A DNA stretch of 64,000 nucleotides from Candidatus Sericytochromatia bacterium (GTDB lineage: Bacteria > Cyanobacteriota > Sericytochromatia > S15B-MN24 > JAQBPE01). Every line of letters starts with the position of its first letter. The stretch's first letter is position 1. A program made the translations under genes and the position numbers. Location: contig JAYKIL010000021.1 in NCBI GenBank assembly GCA_035284745.1, positions 9,197-73,196 of the forward strand, read 5' to 3'. The notes beneath the pieces were generated by a model. That model had not been told where the DNA came from and made no database searches. It saw only the letters and a list, made by a program, of their open reading frames with translations. This document shows positions 40,622 to 49,124 of the stretch, in pieces.

Positions 40622-42098
40622 CGCCCCTCAACTCCCGAAACACCTGATCAGGATATTCAATCCGCTGATGGAACAGGCCGGACAAGATACGGATAAATGC
40701 CCCGGCAATTTTCTCTATTTCTTTCAAAGTGAGCGGCGCCTCCGAAAGCTCTCCATCGGATAAACGCGTATCCACAATTTTCCTGACCATTCCCTCAATT
40801 TGTTCCGGCGTCGGGTTTTTCAAAGAGCGACACGCAGCTTCCACCCCGTCAGCCAGCATCACAATTCCAGTCTCGCGTGTTCGCGGGCGAGGACCGGGGT
40901 AACGGAAATGGTCCTCTTGTACCTGCCGATGCCCCTCCGCCTGGACCGCCTGATGGTAGAAAAAGGAGACCAAGCTGGTTCCGTGGTGAGTAGAAATAAA
41001 ATCCTGAATAATGGCGGGCAGTTTGTGTTCACGCGCCATTTCGAGACCTTCCTTCACGTGCGCTGTAATCACAAGGGCCGAGAGTCGTGGGGAGATTCTG
41101 TCGTGCTGATTCGCCATCCCGAGTTGGTTTTCCACAAAAAAGTAGGGGCGCTTGGTCTTTCCAATGTCGTGATAGTACGCGCCCACCCTCACAAGCAATG
41201 CGTCCGCTCCAATCGCTTCGGCGGCAGCCTCGGCCAGGTTTCCAACCAAAATCGAATGATGGTAAGTCCCCGGCGCTTTCATCTGAAGTTCGCGCAGCAG
41301 CGGTTGACTCGGATTGGCAAGCTCCAACAACTTAAAGGTTGTGGTAATGCCGAACAGGTCTTCAACCAAAGGCAAGAAACCAACGACCAGAATGGCGGAC
41401 GCCAACCCGGATCCCGCAGCCGCAACCGCATGAAGGCCCCACACCGTCCATGAAAGGCCCTCCAGGCTGAACAGCGCTGTCACCGTCCACGCCGACACCA
41501 AGGCAGCGATTAACCCCGCGCGAAAAACGTCGTATCGTTGCTGCACGCGGCTCACGGCGTACACTGCCACAATGACACTCAGCAGTGTCGCCAGCGTCGA
41601 ATTGGCATCGTGACCCGGCAGCTGCGCCGAAAAAAGTCCCAACGGCAAAGATGCGATCAATGCGACCCGCCCATTGGCAAAAACGGTGAGAAGCATCCCA
41701 CACGCCACCAAGGGAGACGCATAAGGATTCAGCTTCAATGCGCTCAGTGCCCAAGCAAAAGCCAGGGTCCCGACCACTACAAGGCTAATCAGGTACAAAT
41801 GGCGGATCGAGTTCACAGTGGTTGGTTCAAACTGGCGCAAGTAGGCGACCACCAGCGCCAAGGCGGTGCCCAACACCATGAGCAAGCCGCCAATGGGCAA
41901 CCACGTGCCTTGAGTCGCCGCCTCAAAAAATCGCGGTTGCGCCATCAACAGCACCAAGAACGTGAGTCCACCCGCAAACAAGACATTCAGGGCCTGGTGA
42001 GTCACGGGCTGCAACGCCATGGACTGAAGCCACGGCGGAACCAGGCGACGCGCCAGGCGCAAAATATTATCGGTCATGAGGGATGTCGCGCCTCCCAA
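40566..42098 (-). CDS. 7TM-receptor with intracellular HD hydrolase (PgpH/YqfF-like HDIG phosphodiesterase)
   Basis: Seven N-terminal TM helices, then HD domain HHSILVGNLAEAAAEAIG...YYHDIGK. Confidence 0.8.
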   Translation of the reverse strand: MGGATSLMTDNILRLARRLVPPWLQSMALQPVTHQALNVLFAGGLTFLVLLMAQPRFFEAATQGTWLPIGGLLMVLGTALALVVAYLRQFEPTTVNSIRHLYLISLVVVGTLAFAWALSALKLNPYASPLVACGMLLTVFANGRVALIASLPLGLFSAQLPGHDANSTLATLLSVIVAVYAVSRVQQRYDVFRAGLIAALVSAWTVTALFSLEGLSWTVWGLHAVAAAGSGLASAILVVGFLPLVEDLFGITTTFKLLELANPSQPLLRELQMKAPGTYHHSILVGNLAEAAAEAIGADALLVRVGAYYHDIGKTKRPYFFVENQLGMANQHDRISPRLSALVITAHVKEGLEMAREHKLPAIIQDFISTHHGTSLVSFFYHQAVQAEGHRQVQEDHFRYPGPRPRTRETGIVMLADGVEAACRSLKNPTPEQIEGMVRKIVDTRLSDGELSEAPLTLKEIEKIAGAFIRILSGLFHQRIEYPDQVFRELRGGGGPELDAKGRKVAGLSK

Positions 42099-43099
42099 GC
42101 AGCATAGGCCTGCACAATTCTTCTCACAAGATCGTGGCGCACCACGTCTTGATCGTCAAATCGAACAAATGCAACGTCATGGACCCCGGCCAACAGACTC
42201 TGAATGTCGTGTAAAGCCGAACGCTTCCCACGAGGCAAATCAATCTGGGTTTGATCCCCCGTCACCACCACACGTGAACCGGCCCCCATACGAGTCAAAA
42301 ACATCTTCATTTGCTCACCGGTGGTATTCTGCGCCTCGTCTAAAATTATGAAGGCATCTGTGAGCGTGCGTCCCCGCATGTAGGCCAAAGGGGCCACTTC
42401 GATCATACCCCTCTCCAAATGCCGAGAAACCCGTTCAGCATCCATCAGTTCATACAATGCGTCGTAAAGGGGACGGAAGTAAGGGTCAACCTTGGCCTGG
42501 AAATCACCGGGCAAGAACCCCAAACTCTCACCCGCCTCAACCGCAGGCCGCGTCAGGATAATCCTGGATACGCGTTTTTCACTCAACGCGCGCACCGCCA
42601 AGGCCACCGCAAGAAAAGTCTTGCCCGTGCCGGCAGGTCCCAACCCAAAGGTCAGCGTGTGCTGTTCAATGGCACGCACATACACCAATTGATTCGCTGA
42701 ACGGGTCTTTACCGGCTTCCCCCGATAAGTGCGAGCGACAACATCGTCCAATACGTCCGTGAGTGTGCCCGCCGGTTGCCCTTGCGCCAAATAGAAATAT
42801 CCCCGCAATTCATCGGAGGTCAAAACCTCCCTGTCGCGCGCGCGCGGCAAAAGCGTCGTCATCACCTGCTCGACCATTCGCACCGCTTCCGGTTCGCCCT
42901 TGACCGTCAAATGCTCGCTCCCAAGGAAGGTCGTGACCGGAAGAATCGACTCGAGAAAGGCGAGGTTCTCCTCTCTCAGGCCGCACAACCACTGTGCGAT
43001 GTGCGGAGTTGGCAAAGCGATGACAATCTCAGCTTCTTGATTTGAAGACAAACAACCCTCTGGGCACAACACCCCATAAAAAAAGAACGACAGAGCCAA
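42074..43099 (-). CDS. phoH: PhoH-family ATPase (YbeZ-like)
   Basis: P-loop GPAGTGKTFLAVALAV and PhoH block ILTRPAVEAGESLGFLPGD...DPYFRPLYDAL. Confidence 0.85.
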   Translation of the reverse strand: MALSFFFYGVLCPEGCLSSNQEAEIVIALPTPHIAQWLCGLREENLAFLESILPVTTFLGSEHLTVKGEPEAVRMVEQVMTTLLPRARDREVLTSDELRGYFYLAQGQPAGTLTDVLDDVVARTYRGKPVKTRSANQLVYVRAIEQHTLTFGLGPAGTGKTFLAVALAVRALSEKRVSRIILTRPAVEAGESLGFLPGDFQAKVDPYFRPLYDALYELMDAERVSRHLERGMIEVAPLAYMRGRTLTDAFIILDEAQNTTGEQMKMFLTRMGAGSRVVVTGDQTQIDLPRGKRSALHDIQSLLAGVHDVAFVRFDDQDVVRHDLVRRIVQAYAAWEARHPS

Positions 43100-43153
43100 T
43101 GGCCCCGCCGTTCGAATGATTGGAACTTCTGGTTCCGACTCTGAGCCTTTTGC

Positions 43154-43327
43154 TTAGCTATGACGCTTGCGCGCTGCTTCAGACTTTTTCTTGCGGCGAA
43201 CGCTGGGCTTCTCGTAACGTTCACGGCGCTTGATCTCAGACAAGATTCCAGCTTTCTGGATCTTCTTCTTGAATCGCTTCAACGCACTTTCGATGGGCTC
43301 GTTTTCGCCTACGCGGACTTCTGCCAA
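43154..43327 (-). CDS. rpsU: 30S ribosomal protein S21
   Basis: Absent from the ORF track (<60 aa). Reverse-complement translation from TTG at 43327: [57 protein letters not shown], a canonical S21 sequence. Confidence 0.8.
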   Translation of the reverse strand: MAEVRVGENEPIESALKRFKKKIQKAGILSEIKRRERYEKPSVRRKKKSEAARKRHS

Positions 43328-43585
43328 ATGAATTCACCCCCCCTGCAGCGTATTTTGCCGTCTCTGTTTCACGCTCAAATGGGACACGCTGCGGGACCTG
43401 ACTGTAAAAAACTAAAGACGGATCAAGTTTTAGTATAGCCCCGAATAAACCAGAGGGCAAACCCCCCGCGCCCTTACATCTAAATTAACCAAGAATTAAC
43501 TATATATTCACCTTAAGGACGCAGACTGCCCGCCGAGTTCACCGATAACGTCAATAAGCCTTCAGCCAAGTGAGGATTACACCCC

Positions 43586-44332
43586 ATGACCAGTATCGGC
43601 CCCACACGAAACATTCCATTAAGAGCCGTCTTGCCCCAGCCGGCAGCACCCTCTGTAGCGACCACCAGCGCGGCCCCCCCCGCGACGGCGCAGATGGGGG
43701 CGGTATCCTACAACTGGAATTTGGCCAACCCAAGGGACCATATTTTCGACCATCCCTATGATGGATGGGCCCTGAACCGGGGCCTGATGAAACTCGGGGG
43801 TGTAGGCTTCTGGAGCCGTTACACGTTGACTCGCAACCTCGCTTCGATGATCACAAAAATTCCGACCCAACGCTTGCGCACCTATGCGGTCCGCGAAAAA
43901 TTTATGACGGTCCCGGGGATGAAACCTGACTACGCCCGTGTCCTGCAACTGGCGTACTTCGATCAAACCAACGGTCAAATGCCCCTGCACCGACAAGGAC
44001 CGCTCACCTGGCTTGCCCAATACGGCGCCCCAGGAGACCTCAATGACTGGATCCTCAGGGGACCATTTCTCGTCACCCTGCACACAGCCTCCGTTCAATA
44101 CGCGATGAACACCTACCACGCCCCCCTGGTTCCAAACGCGCGCGAAATAATGATGTTTGGGCAGCACGCAATGATGATCGCTCCACCCCCGTTCAACCCC
44201 GCTCCGGGCCAGCCTATTGGGCCCGGACAGCCGGGTACCTATCCAGGCTACGGTGGATACCCCGCACCCGGTGGCGACCCCATCTCACAGATTGGCAACC
44301 TGATTGACCAAATCGGACGCATGTTCCGCTAA
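43586..44332 (+). CDS. Hypothetical protein with Gly/Pro-rich C-terminus
   Basis: ORF downstream of an AT-rich divergent promoter region. Low-complexity tail PGQPIGPGQPGTYPGYGGYPAPGG. Confidence 0.4.
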   Translation: MTSIGPTRNIPLRAVLPQPAAPSVATTSAAPPATAQMGAVSYNWNLANPRDHIFDHPYDGWALNRGLMKLGGVGFWSRYTLTRNLASMITKIPTQRLRTYAVREKFMTVPGMKPDYARVLQLAYFDQTNGQMPLHRQGPLTWLAQYGAPGDLNDWILRGPFLVTLHTASVQYAMNTYHAPLVPNAREIMMFGQHAMMIAPPPFNPAPGQPIGPGQPGTYPGYGGYPAPGGDPISQIGNLIDQIGRMFR

Positions 44333-44377
44333 TGGTCTCCGCGTGATAATCTGGGGCGAGTCACCGGTTCGCCCGCT

Positions 44378-47359
44378 ATGCCTCTCGTAATTCCTCGACT
44401 TTTTCTCTCGATGCTCGCCGTGATGGCTGTGCAGGAGGTTCCGCGAAACCTGCCCGCCATCGCCTCCGAGATGACATCGCCAGACCCAGAGACGGAAGTT
44501 CACATCGTCTACACAGGCGGTACGAGGGGAGCCTCATTCGCCCGTGTGGACTTTTCGGAACTCGCACCCGCCTTTCGCGACATTGAAAATCCGGACATCA
44601 AACCCGGTGATATCACGAGTGACAACGTTTTTCGCTCAGGCTCTTGGTTCATCTATACGGACCAAGGCCCGCTGACGCTGGAAGACTTTTCCGATTTTTT
44701 CCAACAGGGTCCACTCCAGACGACTGGGCCAGAGCCCATTTCCATCTTGAGCACTGACTATGCGCACGTCATCGAAATGAAAACGCCTACAAACCAATCA
44801 AACTGGGCACTTGACTGGCTGGGCGAGAGTTTAGCCAAGCTTGGTGGGTACGAAGATGCCCGCAGGTTAAACGGATGGCACTACCGGTTGAGCAATGGGG
44901 CCGGCACCCAGTTATATATGATCGATCTGCGGTCCTCGGAAGGTCCGGAATTCCCGCGTGGAACACCACACCCCGATTTGAAACGTCCCGACCAATGGGA
45001 AATGATCCCCAGCGCCGCACTCAAAGTGCAGAGTCTGACCGCCCCAGCGGAGACGCGCCAATTGCTAGTTGTTGGGCGTCCTCTCGGAGACGGCCTGCGT
45101 CGCTTGGCCCTGCAAAAACAATTGCGCGAGCAACACCCCAAACAAACACTAAACCTCGACTTGGGTAATGCACTTGAAATGGGTGTCTCAGAATCAGTGC
45201 GAGAAAGAAGGGCATTCAGCTTAAAACAAATCGCCGATCTGCACCTTGACGCCCTGATTCCGGGAGAGGCCGAGCTCTCTTTGCCCAGAGCCGACTTCGA
45301 GCGGCTCGCCGAATCGACCCCCATCCTCGCGATGAATCTAGTCCCCCTCAATCGCTGGCGAAATCGCCCCGCGGGGTTACTCTTAAAGCGAATCAACGGC
45401 ATCCAGGTGGCTGTTATTGGGATCGTAGACGACCGCCACTTCGCTCTATCGGGCCTCGGAGGATCTCAAGACCTGTGGCACATTGAAGACCCCACTGAAA
45501 CGACCCGGAAGGCAATTCGCGACCTTGCGGCACTGCCCGATGAACAGAAACCTGCGTATGTCGTTCTGGCGACGAACGTCAGCGACGAGCGACTCCAAAC
45601 GCTGAGGCACTTGAACGGAATCACCGTCGTCCTGGCCGATTTATTCGGCACTCCGGGGGAAATCCTCGCAGAGACAGCCAGTGTCAGCGGAACATCAAGA
45701 GCACGCTCCCGCGCAAGTTTGATGCTGGCTCGTTCGAGTCCTGCCCGCGTCGGCCGTCTGAGTGCTCGCTACACGATCCTCCCAGAGGCTTCTCCCCGCC
45801 TGAACCGTTTAGAAAACGAGGCGCGCCTCGTCACCGACGAACTGTTCTGTGATCCATCGGCCCGCGATACGTTAAATCGGATCAAGGCCCGCCATCAAAA
45901 AATTGGCCGGGAACTCCTTCTGCCCGACATCCGTGAACTCCATCTGAGCCGCCCCGGCCCCCAAGCCGATTCGCCACCCCGAGACGTTCATTTCATTGAT
46001 GGCGCGTTGTGGCAACAATTCCTGACCCACGTACTGTGGAAAACAACCCACTCCGAAGCAGTCTTCCTTCGCCCCATTTCTCCTGCAACACGCGCGATTG
46101 GAGCCATAAAACGCTCCACAATAGAGGGTTGGTTGGAAGTCGGCGACCGCCTCGTCGACCTCACCGTCAGTGGAAAAACCCTCAAACAGCTCGCGGCCCT
46201 AGAGCAACCCCAACTTTCTTGGGCTGGATTCGACCCAAAGACTGGTGCTGTTCTTGGCACGGGCGTCAACGATGATGAAATCTACCGGGTCACCACCACA
46301 GATACGACGACCCACCTACCCTCGGTTCAGGCAGTGTTATCCGGCGCCATGATGCGGGATCGTTGGCAGGGAGAAGCCGCCACCGCCATGCGTCCGTCCG
46401 CAAGTGGCAAAACCGTTCCCCTGCGGGAACACCTGGTGAATTGTCTCTTGGCACTCAAGGGAAACCATCACGGCACCTTTTCCAAGGCATATGTTGAAAG
46501 CCTCCGTCCTTGGTTCCAACCCAGCGTGTGGGATACGCCTGCCCGGTGGTCTCTGCGATTAGAAGATGGAGAGTTATCCTCTCAATCGCTGCAAAGTGGA
46601 ACCGATCCAGCCTTTTCGCAGGTTAGAAACACTCGTGTCACCGCCCCTTCCAGCCAAACGCTGGGAGGCCGTGGTCGGCTGGCTATCCTTTTTGAGTCTC
46701 CTTACTGGGCGCTGGAAAATCAACTTCGGAGCGTTTACCGCCGACAAACCCTCGTCCGAGACGGTCAAAACGTAAGCCAAGAAACCGATGATGAGGTGAG
46801 CGTGCGCAGCGAAATTCGTCTCAAGCGCCTCGGAATTCCGTTTCCTGGTGCCCCTCTGATCCCTTTCGGGAGCTATGCCTACACGACAGAGTTCGTACCA
46901 GACACCTTCGACAGCTTGACGAAACCCCGCCGCTCAGAACTCTCTGCGATCACCGGCTTAATGACGGCTCCCGGAGGAATATTTCGCGAATGGCGTTTTG
47001 GAACAGCGTTGCGAAACGATCTCGCGAACCCGGGATTGCTTGAACCCGGTCTTTATCTCTCTGGGGGTTTTGAGCGCAATCTGGCACCCGTCTCACAAGC
47101 AAAAATCCGCACGGGGCTAGAAATCTACCAGTACCTCCCGACAGAGTTCGACACCCCGGACAGGCTGGGGCTGCTTGGTACCCTGACCAGCGGTCTCTCG
47201 ATTCCTCTGTGGGAACGTTTCACGTTGAATGTAAGCGCAGATTGGTTCGTATTCAGCGGGAAAGTTCCGGCCACTCAGCAATTCAGGTCCAGCCTCGAAT
47301 TTCGCGCAGGCTTAGGGTATTCTCTGGCGTGGAAACCCCTCCACGGCGTATGGTTCTAG
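44378..47359 (+). CDS. Large (993 aa) secreted hypothetical protein. N-region resembles a degenerate 5'-nucleotidase/metallophosphoesterase, and the C-terminus ends in an OMP-like aromatic residue
   Basis: Signal peptide MPLVIPRLFLSMLAVMAVQE. 'GNALEMG' sits where 5'-nucleotidases have GNHEFD, and '...ILAMNLV' where they have P.L.ANV. Terminal ...LHGVWF. Confidence 0.5.
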   Translation: MPLVIPRLFLSMLAVMAVQEVPRNLPAIASEMTSPDPETEVHIVYTGGTRGASFARVDFSELAPAFRDIENPDIKPGDITSDNVFRSGSWFIYTDQGPLTLEDFSDFFQQGPLQTTGPEPISILSTDYAHVIEMKTPTNQSNWALDWLGESLAKLGGYEDARRLNGWHYRLSNGAGTQLYMIDLRSSEGPEFPRGTPHPDLKRPDQWEMIPSAALKVQSLTAPAETRQLLVVGRPLGDGLRRLALQKQLREQHPKQTLNLDLGNALEMGVSESVRERRAFSLKQIADLHLDALIPGEAELSLPRADFERLAESTPILAMNLVPLNRWRNRPAGLLLKRINGIQVAVIGIVDDRHFALSGLGGSQDLWHIEDPTETTRKAIRDLAALPDEQKPAYVVLATNVSDERLQTLRHLNGITVVLADLFGTPGEILAETASVSGTSRARSRASLMLARSSPARVGRLSARYTILPEASPRLNRLENEARLVTDELFCDPSARDTLNRIKARHQKIGRELLLPDIRELHLSRPGPQADSPPRDVHFIDGALWQQFLTHVLWKTTHSEAVFLRPISPATRAIGAIKRSTIEGWLEVGDRLVDLTVSGKTLKQLAALEQPQLSWAGFDPKTGAVLGTGVNDDEIYRVTTTDTTTHLPSVQAVLSGAMMRDRWQGEAATAMRPSASGKTVPLREHLVNCLLALKGNHHGTFSKAYVESLRPWFQPSVWDTPARWSLRLEDGELSSQSLQSGTDPAFSQVRNTRVTAPSSQTLGGRGRLAILFESPYWALENQLRSVYRRQTLVRDGQNVSQETDDEVSVRSEIRLKRLGIPFPGAPLIPFGSYAYTTEFVPDTFDSLTKPRRSELSAITGLMTAPGGIFREWRFGTALRNDLANPGLLEPGLYLSGGFERNLAPVSQAKIRTGLEIYQYLPTEFDTPDRLGLLGTLTSGLSIPLWERFTLNVSADWFVFSGKVPATQQFRSSLEFRAGLGYSLAWKPLHGVWF

Positions 47360-47399
47360 TGTATGGTGCGCTCCGGCCACCCTTGATGAGGAAGATCCG

Positions 47400-47879
47400 A
47401 TGAAATTCCTTTCCCGCCTTTTGTTTTGTGTTCTTTTTTTGACGCCCCCTGCTCTGTCGGGGTGCGCGATGTATCAAGCCTACGCGCAGCGAAGCGCCAT
47501 TCGCGACGCAAAATTCTCTATCCGCAACGTGCAGTTTTTAGGTTTGGACCTCGTGGGGGCAAACCTACTTCTCACGCTTCAAGTGGAGAATCCAACTTCC
47601 TCGGCCATTGAAATGGATCGGCTACAGTATGGTTTGTGGGTGAATGGCACGCGCGCTTTTCAGGGCGAAGTCAGTCAGAAGCTTATGGTACCCAGCCATC
47701 AAGCGCGCCCCTTGCCCATCCACATCAGCCTCGTCTACGCAGACCTGGGAACACAGCTCCGACAATTGTTGATTGAACAGCGTGTGAAGTCCTGGAGAGT
47801 CGACGGAACCGCTTTTTTCGACACGCCGTTCGGTAGTTTGGAATATCCCGTTCGCATCGAACGCAGCGAGGCACCCTGA
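47400..47879 (+). CDS. LEA_2 (NDR1/HIN1-like, water-stress/hypersensitive-response domain) lipoprotein
   Basis: Lipobox LSGC; LEA_2 pattern FSIRNVQFLGLDLVGANLLLTLQVENPTSSAIEM... Confidence 0.6.
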   Translation: MKFLSRLLFCVLFLTPPALSGCAMYQAYAQRSAIRDAKFSIRNVQFLGLDLVGANLLLTLQVENPTSSAIEMDRLQYGLWVNGTRAFQGEVSQKLMVPSHQARPLPIHISLVYADLGTQLRQLLIEQRVKSWRVDGTAFFDTPFGSLEYPVRIERSEAP

Positions 47880-48223
47880 TGGGCGGTTTCGCAGCCAGTC
47901 GTTTCAAGATCGTCGCCTTGCTCGCGTGCGCCTTCTTGTTCTCGCTGGGATGCCGGGAGCCCCTGCAGTTTGACCGCGTTAATCTCGCCGATGCGGAACG
48001 GGGCGCCCGATTATTTCGCGGAAATTGCGCCAAATCGTGCCATCCTGCGCATGCGTGTGAACAGCCACAGCTTACTTCATACGAAGAATTGGCGTATACC
48101 GTCCGGGATTATTACGAAGGCGCGATGGGAGGAGAAGACAACTACTCCCAACAAGATATCTTCGACATTACGCGCTACCTTAACGACAAATATTATAAGT
48201 TTCAGCACCGAACCGAGCCGTAG
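47879..48223 (+). CDS. Small lipoprotein with a single CXXCH haem-binding motif (c-type-cytochrome-like)
   Basis: Lipobox FSLGC; motif GNCAKSCHPAHAC. Start overlaps the upstream stop (TGATG). Confidence 0.45.
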   Translation: MGGFAASRFKIVALLACAFLFSLGCREPLQFDRVNLADAERGARLFRGNCAKSCHPAHACEQPQLTSYEELAYTVRDYYEGAMGGEDNYSQQDIFDITRYLNDKYYKFQHRTEP

Positions 48224-48329
48224 AGGCGTTGAGTCATTGTTGCGTTTGTACGCTAAAGTTTTGTGAAGGCAGGCAACCGTCTCTCTGAAAGGGTATAAGG
48301 GGTGAGCGTCCTTTCTGGAGATCCGCCCC

Positions 48330-49043
48330 TTGAACATCACTCTCGCCCACGAACACAGATGGGACCTATCACCTTACGAAGCGCAACAGGTTCAAAAAAG
48401 CCTCCAGGCGCGCGTGTTGGAGGAATCAAGCGACGAGCCAATTGCCACAGTCGCCGGTATAGAAATCGCGCATTCGCGCTTTCAAGACACCCTGGTCGCC
48501 GCCGTCAGCCTGCTGCGTTTCCCAGACATGAATGTCATCGAAGAGGCCACGGTCGAGTATCGCTCTACTTTCCCGTATATCCCTGGCTTGCTCTCTTTCA
48601 GAGAGGTGCCTGCGGTGGTTGCGGCCCTCGAACGTCTCTCAGAACTTCCCGACCTGCTGCTCGTTGATGGCCCTGGCATTGCTCATCCGCACAAACTTGG
48701 GGTGGCTTCCCACCTCGGCGTACTTTTGGATCGCCCGACCATCGGCTGCTCTCGAAGTGTGTTGGTGGGCTCCTACGTGGAACCCGAGGTTACGGCGGGA
48801 TCACAATCGGCACTGGTGTGGCAGGGAGAAATTATTGGCACGGTGTACCGTTCGAAAAACCGTGTCGCCCCCCTCTTCATCTCCGTCGGCCACCGGACGA
48901 CCCGCATTCGTGCGCAGGAACTGGTGGCTGCCTGTTGTCAGGGATACCGCTTGCCAGAACCTACTCGACACGCCCACGTGGCGTTGAATCACGCCCGCAG
49001 CGACCTGAAAACAGCGGGCGCTGCGGCTGAGGGGATCGTTTAG
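48330..49043 (+). CDS. nfi: Endonuclease V
   Basis: LLLVDGPGIAHPHKLGVASHLGVLLDRPTIGCSRS matches the Nfi core (DG.GIAHPR..G.ASHLGV...PTIG.AK). Confidence 0.85.
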   Translation: MNITLAHEHRWDLSPYEAQQVQKSLQARVLEESSDEPIATVAGIEIAHSRFQDTLVAAVSLLRFPDMNVIEEATVEYRSTFPYIPGLLSFREVPAVVAALERLSELPDLLLVDGPGIAHPHKLGVASHLGVLLDRPTIGCSRSVLVGSYVEPEVTAGSQSALVWQGEIIGTVYRSKNRVAPLFISVGHRTTRIRAQELVAACCQGYRLPEPTRHAHVALNHARSDLKTAGAAAEGIV

Positions 49044-49124
49044 CCTTTACCCCGGAAACTCTGCCAGCAGAGGGTTTCATGGTACGATCTGACGGATCAA
49101 ATTTAGTCTTGCGCGGAGTGTTCC

